Positions 16,392 to 27,006 of a DNA stretch of 64,000 bases are shown here, one piece after another. The stretch comes from Dehalococcoidales bacterium. GTDB lineage: Bacteria; Chloroflexota; Dehalococcoidia; Lucifugimonadales; Lucifugimonadaceae. Position numbers and translations under genes: made by a program. The DNA lies in the NCBI GenBank assembly GCA_009937255.1, contig JAACCT010000103.1, positions 2,763 through 66,762 on the forward strand. The letters run 5' to 3'. Within the stretch, counting starts at the first letter, position 1. Each line of letters starts with the position of its first letter. The notes under the pieces are model-generated. The model was not told the origin of the DNA. It saw only the letters and a program-made list of their open reading frames with translations, and did no database searches.

Positions 16392-17810
16392 ATGGCTATA
16401 GAATCTCCAAGGGAAGAATGCGGTGTATTTGGGATTTTTAATCCTGATGAACAAGTCGCAGAATCTATTTACTTAGGTTTATTTGCTCTACAGCATAGAG
16501 GCCAAGAGAGTGCAGGGATTTCTACCACTGAACATACAGAAATTTTTAAGAAAACAGGTCTTGGGTTAATTGCAAATGTTTTTGAGCAATTTGAAATGTC
16601 TGAGTTACAAGGTGATTTAGGAATTGGTCATACTAGATATTCTACAACTGGATTAGATTCTATAGAAAATGCTCAACCTTTGTTAGTAAATGGTATAAAT
16701 GGACAAATTTCTCTTGGTCATAATGGGAATGTAATTAATGCTAAAGAACTTAAAAAATCGCATTTAGGCCACTTAGATATTAATTATAAAACCACCACTG
16801 ATTCTGAAGTTATTGCTCATATGTATGCTAATGCAGTGGGGAAAAATTGGCTTGAAAGATCTAATTATTGTATGAGAATAATTAAAGGGGCCTTTTCTTT
16901 AGTATTTATGACTAAAGATGAACTTATTGGAGTAAGAGATCCTCTAGGAATTAGACCGTTATGCCTTGGGAAAATGGATAATGCTTGGATTCTTGCTTCA
17001 GAATCTTCAGCACTTGCTCATGTAGGAGCTGAATTTGTAAGAGAAATAGAAAATGGAGAAACAATAGTAATAAATAAAGATGGTATAAAAAGCTCAATTT
17101 TCTCATCAAAACCAAAAAATCATAAAATGTGTATTTTTGAACAAATATATTTTTCTAGACCAGATTCTCTGATAAATGGTCAACTTGCCTATGAATCTAG
17201 GGTAAGAATGGGGGAAAGTCTTGCTAAAGAGCATCCTGTAGATGCAGATATAGTAGTTGGAGTACCTGACTCAGCTATACCTGCTGCAATTGGTTATGCT
17301 AAGCAAAGTGGAATATCTTACACAGAAGGATTAATCAGAAATAGGTATGTAGGAAGAACATTTATATCGCCTAATCAAAAAATTAGAGAATTGGGAGTAA
17401 AAGCAAAATTTAATGTTTTGAAAGAAGTTATTAGAGATAAGAAAATAGTTCTTATTGATGACTCAATAGTAAGAGGAACGACTACTTCAAGAGTAGTTGA
17501 ATTACTTAAAGATTCTGGCGCTGCTGAAGTTCATATGAGAGTTTCTTCTCCACCAATTATCTCTCCATGTTTTTTTGGGGTAGATATGGCATCTTCTTCA
17601 GAACTTATTGCTAATAACTATAAAATAGAATCTATTAGAAAAATAATTGGAGCAGATTCATTAGGTTTTTTAAGTATGAAGAATTTATTAGATTCAGTAA
17701 AATCTAATGATAATGAATATTGTCGGGCTTGTTTCACTGGAGAATATCCAATTCCTGTACAGCTAGATTTTGACAAATTTCATTTAGAGAAAACAAAAGA
17801 AAAAAATTAA
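16392..17810 (+). CDS. purF: amidophosphoribosyltransferase
   Basis: N-terminal Ntn CGVFGI and PRTase loop VLIDDSIVRGTT. Confidence 0.93.
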   Translation: MAIESPREECGVFGIFNPDEQVAESIYLGLFALQHRGQESAGISTTEHTEIFKKTGLGLIANVFEQFEMSELQGDLGIGHTRYSTTGLDSIENAQPLLVNGINGQISLGHNGNVINAKELKKSHLGHLDINYKTTTDSEVIAHMYANAVGKNWLERSNYCMRIIKGAFSLVFMTKDELIGVRDPLGIRPLCLGKMDNAWILASESSALAHVGAEFVREIENGETIVINKDGIKSSIFSSKPKNHKMCIFEQIYFSRPDSLINGQLAYESRVRMGESLAKEHPVDADIVVGVPDSAIPAAIGYAKQSGISYTEGLIRNRYVGRTFISPNQKIRELGVKAKFNVLKEVIRDKKIVLIDDSIVRGTTTSRVVELLKDSGAAEVHMRVSSPPIISPCFFGVDMASSSELIANNYKIESIRKIIGADSLGFLSMKNLLDSVKSNDNEYCRACFTGEYPIPVQLDFDKFHLEKTKEKN

Positions 17811-17812
17811 TT

Positions 17813-18841
17813 ATGGTAGATAAATTTACATATAAAAGTGCTGGTGTTGATTTAAGTAAATCAGATTTTATTAAAGATAAACTTGTTGAGAAAATAAATA
17901 TCACTCATAACTCGAATGTTATAAATAACTCGGATGGATTTGGAGGTCTGTTTTCTACAAAACACTTCAAGAAAAATTCTATAATGGTTTCTACTACAGA
18001 TTCAGTTGGTACTAAAGTTAAAGTTTCTGCAAAAATTGGACTACATAAAAATTTAGGGATGGATATAGTAAATCACTGTATAAATGATTTGATCCCTCAG
18101 GGAGCGCATCCATTATATTTTTTAGATTATTTAGCTTTTGGGAAGCTAGATGAAAATGTAGTTTTAGATATAGTAGATGGTATTTCAGAAGCTTGTCAAA
18201 ATGTAAATTGCGCAATTATAGGTGGAGAAACAGCTACCTTGCCTGGTGTTTATAATGAAAATGACTATGATGTGGTTGGCTTTATGGTAGGAAATGTTTT
18301 AGAGGAAAATTTAAAAACTAAAGATAATATAAAAGCAGGTGACCTACTAGTTGCTCTTCCGTCTAGTGGTTTACATACGAATGGATTCTCTCTTGTTAGA
18401 TCAATTTTTAATATAGATGAAGATATAAGTATATTAAGTTCTAAGGTTTATGATGAAGAAAAAAATTTAGGAGAATTATTAGCTGAACCTCATAGAGAAT
18501 ATCTTACGACTATAGATCCTGTATTTAATTTGATATCAGGTATTTCACATATTACAGGAGGAGGTTTATATAAAAATTTACCTAGAATATTTAATGATAA
18601 TCTTTCTGCTAAAATCCTAAAAAATTCATGGGAAGTTCCAAATTTATTTAAATATATCATGCAACATGGTAATGTTGATGAAAACGAAATGTTTGATGTA
18701 TACAATATGGGTGTTGGTATTGTACTTGTAGTAGATCCAATTCATTCAAAAAAAATACTAAGTACCTGTAAAAACTCTTGGATATTAGGTGAAATTCAAG
18801 AAAAAAGTTTAAATCAAAAATCTAGTGTAATCATAGAATAA
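17813..18841 (+). CDS. purM: phosphoribosylformylglycinamidine cyclo-ligase (AIR synthetase)
   Basis: The segments TDSVGTKVK, DYLAFGKLD and SSGLHTNGFSL are PurM-like. Confidence 0.9.
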   Translation: MVDKFTYKSAGVDLSKSDFIKDKLVEKINITHNSNVINNSDGFGGLFSTKHFKKNSIMVSTTDSVGTKVKVSAKIGLHKNLGMDIVNHCINDLIPQGAHPLYFLDYLAFGKLDENVVLDIVDGISEACQNVNCAIIGGETATLPGVYNENDYDVVGFMVGNVLEENLKTKDNIKAGDLLVALPSSGLHTNGFSLVRSIFNIDEDISILSSKVYDEEKNLGELLAEPHREYLTTIDPVFNLISGISHITGGGLYKNLPRIFNDNLSAKILKNSWEVPNLFKYIMQHGNVDENEMFDVYNMGVGIVLVVDPIHSKKILSTCKNSWILGEIQEKSLNQKSSVIIE

Positions 18842-18853
18842 ATAGGAGATTAG

Positions 18854-20365
18854 ATGAGAGCATTAATTAGTGTCTATAACAAAGATGGATTAGATAAACT
18901 ATGCAAAACCTTAGATTCTGCTGAATGCGATATTTATTCTACAGGTGGTACATTAGATTATATTAAAAATTTAGGAATTAATGTTATTTCTGTTGAAGAA
19001 TTAACTGGTCAAAAAGAATTTCTTGGAGGAAGAGTTAAAACTCTTCATCCAAAAATTCATGGAGCAATACTTGCGGATACTGAAAACCCAAAACATTTAT
19101 CTGATCTAAAAATATTTAATATTACTCCTTTTGATTTTGTGATTAATAATCTTTATCCTTTTGAAGAAGTTTTACAAAATCCTGATTCTTCTCCAGAAGA
19201 AATTATTGAGAATATTGATATTGGAGGACCATCAATGTTAAGGGCTGCTGCTAAAAATTTCTCCAAAGTAGCTGTATTGGTTGATCCTAAAGATTATGAG
19301 TTATTTTTAGAAAAATTTGTAAAAAAAGAAATTGACGAAAAATACAGAAAAAAATTAGCAACAAAAGTTTTTAAAATAACATCTGATTATGATAAAAAAA
19401 TTTTTAATTATTTCAATAATGATATTATTCAGAATATTCCTGATTCTATTAATATTAAACAGTACAAGATAAAAGATCTAAGATATGGAGAAAATCCACA
19501 CCAATCTTCAGGTTTATTTACTAATAATAATCAAGGAGTAGCCAATGCTAAATTATTACATGGTAAAGAAATGTCATATTTGAATTATTTAGATGCGGAT
19601 GCCGCTTTTGTTGCTTCAAATGCTTTTCCTGAAAAATGTGTGAGTATTGTAAAGCATACTAATACTTGCGGATTGTCATATCAAACAAATCAACTTGAAG
19701 CTTACAAGCGAGCCTTAAAGGGTGATCCAATTTCAGCTTTTGGAGGTATAGTAGGTCTAAATTCAGAATTAGAGTTAGAAACTGCTTTGGAAATATCAAA
19801 AACCTTCTACGATGTAATTATAGCTCCGTCTTTCTCTAAACCCGCTTTTGAAATATTAAAAAAGAAGAAAAATATAAGATTACTTTCCTCTAATTTTACT
19901 AATGAAAAATATGAATTTAGAACAATCAATGGAGGAATGTTATTTCAAGAAAAAGATAATGATCTAGATCTTTCTTCAAACTGGAATTTTGTAACCAAAA
20001 TTAAGCCTTCAGAAGATTTAATAGAAAATTTAAACTTTTCATTTCAATCTACGAAATTTATCAAATCAAATGCTATAGTCATAACTGAAGACAACTCTAT
20101 TTTAGGTATTGGTTCTGGTCAACCTAATAGAATTAATAGTGTTAATTTAGCTCTAACAAGAGCTAAAAATCATATTACTAGTAATTCTATTTTGGCTTCT
20201 GATGCTTTTTTCCCGTTTCCAGATAGTATAGATATTGCTGCAAAAAATAATATTAAAACTATTATTCAACCAGGAGGATCTATTAAAGACAAAGAAGTAA
20301 TTGAAAGGGCAGATAGCTATAAAATAAGTATGATTTTTACTAACAGGAGACATTTTTCTCATTAA
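18854..20365 (+). CDS. purH: bifunctional AICAR transformylase / IMP cyclohydrolase
   Basis: MGS-like N-domain (ALISVYNKDGL, GGRVKTLHPKIHGAIL) and AICARFT domain (YGENPHQ). Confidence 0.93.
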   Translation: MRALISVYNKDGLDKLCKTLDSAECDIYSTGGTLDYIKNLGINVISVEELTGQKEFLGGRVKTLHPKIHGAILADTENPKHLSDLKIFNITPFDFVINNLYPFEEVLQNPDSSPEEIIENIDIGGPSMLRAAAKNFSKVAVLVDPKDYELFLEKFVKKEIDEKYRKKLATKVFKITSDYDKKIFNYFNNDIIQNIPDSINIKQYKIKDLRYGENPHQSSGLFTNNNQGVANAKLLHGKEMSYLNYLDADAAFVASNAFPEKCVSIVKHTNTCGLSYQTNQLEAYKRALKGDPISAFGGIVGLNSELELETALEISKTFYDVIIAPSFSKPAFEILKKKKNIRLLSSNFTNEKYEFRTINGGMLFQEKDNDLDLSSNWNFVTKIKPSEDLIENLNFSFQSTKFIKSNAIVITEDNSILGIGSGQPNRINSVNLALTRAKNHITSNSILASDAFFPFPDSIDIAAKNNIKTIIQPGGSIKDKEVIERADSYKISMIFTNRRHFSH

Positions 20366-20367
20366 AT

Positions 20368-21087
20368 ATGATAGTTGAATTAATTTTTCCAGTATTAAAT
20401 GAATCAAAAACTTTAGAAAAGCAATTAAATAAAGTCAAATTACATGTATTGAAAATTGTAGAATATGATTTTCTAATTACAATTGTTGATAACGGTTCAA
20501 CTGATCAGACAAAAGTAATTTCTGAGAAATTAATTAAACAAAAAATAGTAAATAAATATTTATATCTTTCTCAAAAAGGAAGAGGTAGAGCTATAAAACT
20601 TGCAATTTCAAAATCAAAAGCAGACATAGTTAGTTATATGGATATTGATTTGTCTACTGATTTAAATTATCTTAAACCTCTGATAGAATCTATTGCTAAA
20701 AATAAATATGATATAGCTATAGGTTCAAGGTTATCAAAAGGTTCAAATGTTATTGGGAGAAAAAAAATTAGAGAGTTCACTTCTAGGTCTTATAATTTAT
20801 TAATAAAATTTTTCTTTCCATTTAGTCAGATCGATGATATGCAATGTGGTTTTAAAGCTTTTTCAAGAAAAAAAATTGCTATAGCTATAAATTTAGTTAC
20901 AAATACTAGATGGTTTTTTGACACTGAAATTATTATCATTGCTAGAAGTTTAAACTTAAGTATTTATCAACTTCCTGTAAAATGGACAGATGACCCTAAT
21001 ACAAGTGTAAATATTATATCTACTGCAATTGAAGATATAATAGGATTAATAAAACTTAGATTGAAATTAATAAATAAAATATTATAA
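20368..21087 (+). CDS. family-2 glycosyltransferase (polyprenol-phosphate glycosyltransferase-like)
   Basis: PVLNES, DNGSTD and MDIDLS (DxD) motifs. Confidence 0.75.
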   Translation: MIVELIFPVLNESKTLEKQLNKVKLHVLKIVEYDFLITIVDNGSTDQTKVISEKLIKQKIVNKYLYLSQKGRGRAIKLAISKSKADIVSYMDIDLSTDLNYLKPLIESIAKNKYDIAIGSRLSKGSNVIGRKKIREFTSRSYNLLIKFFFPFSQIDDMQCGFKAFSRKKIAIAINLVTNTRWFFDTEIIIIARSLNLSIYQLPVKWTDDPNTSVNIISTAIEDIIGLIKLRLKLINKIL

Positions 21088-21097
21088 TTAACCCCTT

Positions 21098-22096
21098 ATG
21101 ACTAATAATGAAAAACAAACCATCAATCGATCTGTAATTGTTGGAGATACTTCAGAGATTTATCACCATAGAACATTAAATATTCTAAGAAATGAAGGAT
21201 TAAATCCATTTGTTACCTATGAAATTGAATCTATAAATAGTGGTGTTGTTTGTGGGATAAATCAAATTATAGATTTATTAGAACATGTTTTACCTGAAGC
21301 TGACCGTGAACTATGGACTTTACAAGAAGGAAATGAAGTTTCTGAAAATGAAGTTATATTAAGGATTCGGTCTAAGTTTGCTAATGTTGGTCTTTATGAA
21401 ACTTCTATGCTAGGAACGCTGACATCATGCTCATCGTGGGCAACAGCCGCACATAATTGTGTATTGGCTGCATCCGGAATACCTGTTGTAAGCTTTGCTT
21501 CAAGATCTGTTCATCCTTCAGTGGCAGGACAAGTTGATTACTCTGCTTATATCGGAGGATGCTCTGCTGTAAGTTCTATAATAGGTGGTAAGTTAACTCA
21601 AACAACTCCTTCAGGTACTATGCCCCACTCATTAGTACTTATTATGGGAGAAACTGTTAGGGCTGCTTTGGCGTTTGATAGACATATGGAAAAAAATGTT
21701 CCTAGAGTTGTATTAATAGATACTTTCAAAGATGAAGTAGAAGAAGCTATTCAAGTAGGAAAAGCATTAAAAGAACTAAGAGGTATAAGAATTGAAACTC
21801 CTATTGAAAGAGGTGGGATTACTCCAAACCTAGTAGATGAAATAGCTCAAAAACTTGAATCTGAAGGCATTAATGATATCGATATTTATGTTAGTGGAGA
21901 TATGACTCCAGAAGATATTTCTAACTTTGTTTCCAAAAAATCTAAAGTAGCTGGTTTTGCAATTGATAACTATATTGGCAGAGGTGCTAAGATTAATTTT
22001 AGAGCAGATATAAAAGAAATCGATGGTTCTCCTATAGCTAGAAGAGGAAGAAAGTCAGGCCTTAATATTTCTTCTAGGTTGAATAGAATTTTTTAG
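21098..22096 (+). CDS. nicotinate phosphoribosyltransferase (archaeal-type type II PRTase)
   Basis: GLYETSMLG, RSVHPSVAGQVDYSAYIGG, GTMPHSL and VLIDTFKDE resemble the short NAPRTase family. Confidence 0.65.
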   Translation: MTNNEKQTINRSVIVGDTSEIYHHRTLNILRNEGLNPFVTYEIESINSGVVCGINQIIDLLEHVLPEADRELWTLQEGNEVSENEVILRIRSKFANVGLYETSMLGTLTSCSSWATAAHNCVLAASGIPVVSFASRSVHPSVAGQVDYSAYIGGCSAVSSIIGGKLTQTTPSGTMPHSLVLIMGETVRAALAFDRHMEKNVPRVVLIDTFKDEVEEAIQVGKALKELRGIRIETPIERGGITPNLVDEIAQKLESEGINDIDIYVSGDMTPEDISNFVSKKSKVAGFAIDNYIGRGAKINFRADIKEIDGSPIARRGRKSGLNISSRLNRIF

Positions 22097-23422
22097 TATA
22101 GTTAATTCTATTGCTTTTTTGTCGTGTTTATTAACATAAGAATCTATTGATTGCCGAATACCTAAAATCCAAATAATTTCTGAATCAGTTGAAAAAATAA
22201 GAACATTTTCTTTTTCTTGTTTATTTTTATGATTTGATAAAATTTTTTTTACTCTAGTCTTTATTTGTGTATCGAGTTGACTGATTTTATCTCCTTCTTT
22301 TCTATTTCTGATAAAAAGATTTTGTTCTAAGTATTTTTCATTAATATATATTTTTTTTTGATTATTTTTTTTAATATTTTGTGTATTGTTTACTATTTTT
22401 AATTTTAAAATTTCACCTGTAGGTAAATTAATTTTTGAAGGAACTTTAACTTTAATATTGATGATCTCTTTTTTTTGATTTTTAAGTACTTTTTTAAGTA
22501 AAAATTCTCCTTTATTTTCATAAAAAATAATATCATCAGGTAAATTTTCAGATTTAGATTTTCCTAATAAAACGTTTTCTATCATTAAATGATGATTTTT
22601 ATTAAGAAAAATATTTTTATTTGAATCTAAAATAAGTCTTTCTATAATAATTTTCTTAGCTAAAGCAAGTGATAAGCCGCTAAACTCTCCAAAATCTAGT
22701 ATTTTTTCAGTAGAATTATTCTTAATTACTTTAGATAGTGAATCTATAGAATCCAAAACTTTAGGATTGATTTTTTTAAACTCAGGAATAACATTATTTC
22801 TTATAAGATTTCTTGAATAGTTATTCGAGTTATTCGATGAATCAATTCTAAATTTCAAATTATTTTCTTCACAATATTTTGAAATATCGTGTTTTTTTAA
22901 GTTTAGAAGTGGCCTTATAATCTCGATTTTTTTATCTGAAGATTTTATTGTTGACTTATTTTTTATCCCATATAATCCTTTGATATTTGTTCCTCTTATT
23001 AAATTTAATAATATTGTTTCGACATGATCATCAAGATTATGTCCTAAAAAGATATATTTAGTGGAGTATTTTTCTGATAACTTAAAAAAAACTTCAAATC
23101 TCAAATCTCTAGCTTTTTCTTGAATACCTTTTTTCTCTTTACTGAGATCACATGTAAATTTTTCTATGATTAGGTTCATATTTTTGCATGTTTTGTCTAC
23201 TAATTTTTGATCTAAATCAGATTCAGAATTTCTAATTTTATAATTTAGATGACAAACAATGATATTTTTTTCTGGATTTTTAATTATTTTAAATAATATT
23301 TCTAGAAGAAACCTTGAGTCTGGACCACCCGAGTATCCTATAATGATTTTTTCTTCACCTTTAACAATTTTTCTTGGGATTTGTGTTTTTAAGTGTTTAA
23401 TAAGATCAGAATTTGATAACAT
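22055..23422 (-). CDS. tilS: tRNA(Ile)-lysidine synthetase
   Basis: N-terminal PP-loop SGGPDS and LGHNLDD. Confidence 0.85.
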   Translation of the reverse strand: MLSNSDLIKHLKTQIPRKIVKGEEKIIIGYSGGPDSRFLLEILFKIIKNPEKNIIVCHLNYKIRNSESDLDQKLVDKTCKNMNLIIEKFTCDLSKEKKGIQEKARDLRFEVFFKLSEKYSTKYIFLGHNLDDHVETILLNLIRGTNIKGLYGIKNKSTIKSSDKKIEIIRPLLNLKKHDISKYCEENNLKFRIDSSNNSNNYSRNLIRNNVIPEFKKINPKVLDSIDSLSKVIKNNSTEKILDFGEFSGLSLALAKKIIIERLILDSNKNIFLNKNHHLMIENVLLGKSKSENLPDDIIFYENKGEFLLKKVLKNQKKEIINIKVKVPSKINLPTGEILKLKIVNNTQNIKKNNQKKIYINEKYLEQNLFIRNRKEGDKISQLDTQIKTRVKKILSNHKNKQEKENVLIFSTDSEIIWILGIRQSIDSYVNKHDKKAIELTILKNSIQPRRNIKA

Positions 23423-24692
23423 TTCTCTTTACTTGTCCTGAAGGTACTCTTATTTGAACTTTAGAAATTTTATTTTTTTCTAGTTCTATTATTGTAAATC
23501 TATATCCTTTGAAATTAGTTCTTGTATTAATTTCAGGTATTGTTTGTAACATATCAATAATAAATCCTGCTAAGGTTTCATATCTTCCTTCTGGTATATC
23601 AATTTTTATTTCATCATTTATTTCGTCTATTGAAACACTTGCGTCAATTACGTAGGTATCAGATCCAGATTTAATTATTTTTTTTATAGGCATTTCACCT
23701 TCTTCACCAACATCACCAACTATTTTTTCTATACATCTAGATAAAGTTAATATTCCTGAAATATCTCCAAACTCATCTATTGCTAATGTCATTTTATTAC
23801 CAGTATTCTGAAATTCTTCTAGAAGTTCATCTAAAATTTTCATTTCAGGAGAAAACATTGGTTCTCTCATTAGATTATTTATTGATTTGTTTTGATCTAC
23901 ATTGCCATTAGATAAATAAAGCATTATATCTTTAACACTTATTATTCCAACAATGTCATCGAGTGTTTCTTTGCATACAGGAAATCTTGTATGAGGGGTT
24001 TTTTTATATAATTTTAAAAATTTACTTATTGATATATTTTCTTTTACCCAAACTATTTCAAGCCTAGGAGTCATTATATCTTTGATTTCTGTTTCGCTAA
24101 ATCTAAAAATATTTTCTAGCATTTCTCCCTGTGATGACTCAACAGTTCCTTCTTCCTCACCTATATCAATTAGTTTTCTTAACTCACCAGTAGTTACTGC
24201 TAAATTATCTTCGATACTGGATTTTAAAAATGTTCTAGTTATGAATTTAGGTATAAGTGTGAAAGCCCACACAGCAGGCCCTGAGACATACATTATAGTT
24301 CTTATAATATTTATCACTAATAGTGACCATTTATCGGCTACTCTTGTAGAAAGTGATTTTGGAGTTAATTCACCAAAAGTAACTATAAGAACAGTTGAAA
24401 TAGCAGTGGATATTATTACACCATTTACCGACCCCTTTCCTATAAAGTTGATTATTAGTGCACTTACTAATGTTGCTATTAATATATTAAGTAAATTTCC
24501 AAAGAGTAATAAAGTTCCAAAAAACTTTTCATTTTGATTCAAAGTATTTTCGATAGCTTTAGCTTTTTTATTACCTTGATCAGATAGGTGTTTTATCCGT
24601 ACCTTATTTACAGCTATGATTGAAGCTTCAGAAGCACTAATAAATGCGCTACCTAATAAGGCAAATAGTATAATTGTTATTAAAATTCCCAC
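23406..24692 (-). CDS. CNNM/CorC/HlyC-family transporter (DUF21-CBS-CorC_HlyC)
   Basis: Four N-terminal TM segments, a CBS pair and a C-terminal CorC_HlyC-like domain. Confidence 0.85.
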   Translation of the reverse strand: MGILITIILFALLGSAFISASEASIIAVNKVRIKHLSDQGNKKAKAIENTLNQNEKFFGTLLLFGNLLNILIATLVSALIINFIGKGSVNGVIISTAISTVLIVTFGELTPKSLSTRVADKWSLLVINIIRTIMYVSGPAVWAFTLIPKFITRTFLKSSIEDNLAVTTGELRKLIDIGEEEGTVESSQGEMLENIFRFSETEIKDIMTPRLEIVWVKENISISKFLKLYKKTPHTRFPVCKETLDDIVGIISVKDIMLYLSNGNVDQNKSINNLMREPMFSPEMKILDELLEEFQNTGNKMTLAIDEFGDISGILTLSRCIEKIVGDVGEEGEMPIKKIIKSGSDTYVIDASVSIDEINDEIKIDIPEGRYETLAGFIIDMLQTIPEINTRTNFKGYRFTIIELEKNKISKVQIRVPSGQVKRNVIKF

Positions 24693-24731
24693 ATTAAGAT
24701 TTTACATGAAAATTTCTTAATACGAATTTTT

Positions 24732-25778
24732 CTATCCTAGAGCTTCTGAATTATCAAGCTCGTCAGGTATTTCAGTTTCTATTGGGTTCATTATTAGATC
24801 TTCAATTTTTTGTGAAATTTGAGGATTATTTTTAAGAAATTTTCTCACAGATTCTCTTCCTTGACCTAGTCTTTCTCCTTCAAATGAATAAAATGACCCA
24901 CTTTTTTCTACTATGTTCTTATCTACTCCAATATCAAGTAGTTCTCCTTCCTTGGAGATTCCTTCATTATAAAGTATTTCTATTTCAGATTTCTTAAACG
25001 GTGCAGCTACTTTATTTTTAACAACTCTAACTCTAACTTTGTTTCCAACTAATTCTTCACCGATTTTTATCGACTCAGATCTTCTTAGATCTATTCTAAC
25101 TGAGCTGTAAAATTTTAATGCTCTACCACCCGGAGTTACTTCTGGGGAACCAAAAATCACACCAACTTTTTCTCTTAATTGGTTTATAAATACGCAAGTA
25201 GTGTTTGTTTTATGAACAGTTGCTGTTAATTTTCTTAATGCTTGTGACATTAATCTAGCTTGTGCTCCAACATGGTAGTCACCCATTTCTCCTTCTAGTT
25301 CTGATCTAGGAACCAATGCTGCAACCGAGTCAACCACTATTATATCCAATGCTCCAGAGCTTACTAAATGATCAGTTATTTCTAATGCTTCTTCAGCTGA
25401 ATTTGGCTGAGATATTAATAATTCTTGGTTGTTAACACCGATTTTTTTTGCATAACCTGGATCCATAGCATGCTCTACATCTATATAAGCTGCTTGGCCA
25501 CCTTTTTTTTGTGCTTGAGCTAAACATGATAGAGCCAAAGTACTTTTTCCAGCACTTTCTGCTCCAAAGATTTCTACTATTCTACCTCTAGGAAGACCGC
25601 CTATGCCTAATGCTATATCTAGACCTATTGATCCTGTAGGAATAAATTGAATGTTAGCATCAATTTCGGAAGATTCACTCATTCGCATGACTGCACCTTT
25701 TCCATAATTTTTCTCTATTTGCTCAATAGTTAAATCTAATGTTCCATTTTCAATTTTATTATTTTTTTTTCTTGCCAC
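24732..25778 (-). CDS. recA: recombinase RecA
   Basis: GTG start; Walker [10 protein letters not shown]; VVDSVAAL; [11 protein letters not shown]. Confidence 0.97.
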   Translation of the reverse strand: MARKKNNKIENGTLDLTIEQIEKNYGKGAVMRMSESSEIDANIQFIPTGSIGLDIALGIGGLPRGRIVEIFGAESAGKSTLALSCLAQAQKKGGQAAYIDVEHAMDPGYAKKIGVNNQELLISQPNSAEEALEITDHLVSSGALDIIVVDSVAALVPRSELEGEMGDYHVGAQARLMSQALRKLTATVHKTNTTCVFINQLREKVGVIFGSPEVTPGGRALKFYSSVRIDLRRSESIKIGEELVGNKVRVRVVKNKVAAPFKKSEIEILYNEGISKEGELLDIGVDKNIVEKSGSFYSFEGERLGQGRESVRKFLKNNPQISQKIEDLIMNPIETEIPDELDNSEALG

Positions 25779-25807
25779 TTTTTTTCTCCAAAACTTAATA
25801 TATCAAT

Positions 25808-25837
25808 AATATAGCACAAATGTTCTAAACTATGCAA
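25808..25837 (-). promoter_or_regulatory. candidate recA promoter (TTGCAT - 18 nt - TATATT)
   Basis: Read on the minus strand, TTGCAT is at 25837-25832 and TATATT at 25813-25808. GGAG RBS upstream of the GTG. Confidence 0.45.
25813..25826 (-). promoter_or_regulatory. LexA box with one mismatch (AGAACATTTGTGCT) in the recA promoter spacer
   Basis: The minus-strand sequence has a perfect left half-site AGAAC. The right half is GTGCT, against GTTCT in the consensus. Confidence 0.55.
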
Positions 25838-25850
25838 TGTGTATGTCTTA

Positions 25851-26975
25851 TCAGTTTCCAGGTCTAGCTTTTAAATCAACTTCCATGATCATGTATTCAT
25901 AATTTCTTACTAACTCTATTTCTACCATGTCCCCAGGGTCTGTGTAGAGAGCTAAGTAAGATATTAAATCTTCAAAACTATTTATTGTGTAATTATTGAT
26001 TTTGGTTATTACATCTCCATCAAAATTTAATACATTTCTATTTATTGATGAATCTACTCTAATTCCAGATTTTTTTGCAGGACCATTTTCTTGAACATTT
26101 AGAATTAATACACCCTTGAAATTTTCTTCTATGTCAGCCCTAATTCTTGTGCCATAATCTAGATTTAAAGCATTCATTCCTAAGTATGAGTACTCATGTT
26201 TGTCTCCTGCAATAATGCTAGGAACTACTCTTTTAGCTAAATTTATAGGAACTGCGAAACTAACTCCAGAGTTTTGCCTAGAAGAACTTTTAATTTGAGT
26301 GTTAATACCTATAACTTGACCTTCCTTATTCAATAAAGGGCCACCAGAATTCCCTGGATTAATTGCTGCATCTGTTTGAATTACACTCGGTATTTTATAT
26401 GGAGTAAAAGTTGAATCTAAAGATCTCCCAATAGCACTTACAATCCCTGAAGTCATAGTAAACTCTTGATCAAATGGATTTCCTATTGCAATTGTAATGT
26501 CTCCTGTATTTATCAAATCTGAATCATGTAATTCTAAAGGATTAAGTACATTTATAGCATCATTTATTGAATTTTCAGTAATTTTTATTATTGCCAAATC
26601 AGAATAAGAATCCCATCCAATAACTTTTGCTGGGAATTCATCATTATCTATGGTTCTAATAACAATAGGAGATTGACTAGTCAAAGTATTTTCTATTACA
26701 TGATAATTGGTTAGAATATGACCATGATTATCCCACATAAATCCAGATCCTGAACCAATTTTTGTGATTGGAATTCCTTTTGAATCCTGAGAGAATATAT
26801 TTATTTGGACTACAGACTTTGAAGTCGAATTAAAAATATCTCTGTAGTGCTTTTCTAGACTATTTGTAATTTCATCACTTGATAATTCTGTAATTAAATT
26901 TGGCTCCCAATTCTGATTATCACAACCTAAAATTGTAAACAAAATCAAAATTATTAAAAAACATTTTTTTATCAT
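25851..26975 (-). CDS. HtrA/DegP-like S1C serine protease with PDZ domain, probable lipoprotein
   Basis: Signal peptide with LGC lipobox, GNSGGPL active-site motif and a C-terminal PDZ-like region. Confidence 0.88.
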   Translation of the reverse strand: MIKKCFLIILILFTILGCDNQNWEPNLITELSSDEITNSLEKHYRDIFNSTSKSVVQINIFSQDSKGIPITKIGSGSGFMWDNHGHILTNYHVIENTLTSQSPIVIRTIDNDEFPAKVIGWDSYSDLAIIKITENSINDAINVLNPLELHDSDLINTGDITIAIGNPFDQEFTMTSGIVSAIGRSLDSTFTPYKIPSVIQTDAAINPGNSGGPLLNKEGQVIGINTQIKSSSRQNSGVSFAVPINLAKRVVPSIIAGDKHEYSYLGMNALNLDYGTRIRADIEENFKGVLILNVQENGPAKKSGIRVDSSINRNVLNFDGDVITKINNYTINSFEDLISYLALYTDPGDMVEIELVRNYEYMIMEVDLKARPGN

Positions 26976-27006
26976 ATTTTAATTTTATATTAAAAATGTG
27001 AATTTT

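Noticed and set aside
22055-22096. A 42-nt convergent overlap between the nicotinate phosphoribosyltransferase and tilS 3' ends.
   Set aside because: Tail-to-tail overlaps of this size are common in compact genomes, and neither C-terminus is conserved enough to suggest anything unusual.
24082-24537. A 151-aa plus-strand ORF, plus many similar 60-110-aa track ORFs (e.g. 332-664, 9026-9265, 29308-29619, 43728-44056, 45188-45496).
   Set aside because: All lie antisense to, or out of frame within, strongly supported conserved genes. Their translations are low-complexity and have no RBS. They are chance open frames.
24693-24731. An AT-only imperfect hairpin (TTAAGATTTT…AAAATTTCTTAA) after recA.
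   Set aside because: It consists entirely of A/T pairs with a bulge. Such structures are expected by chance at this base composition.
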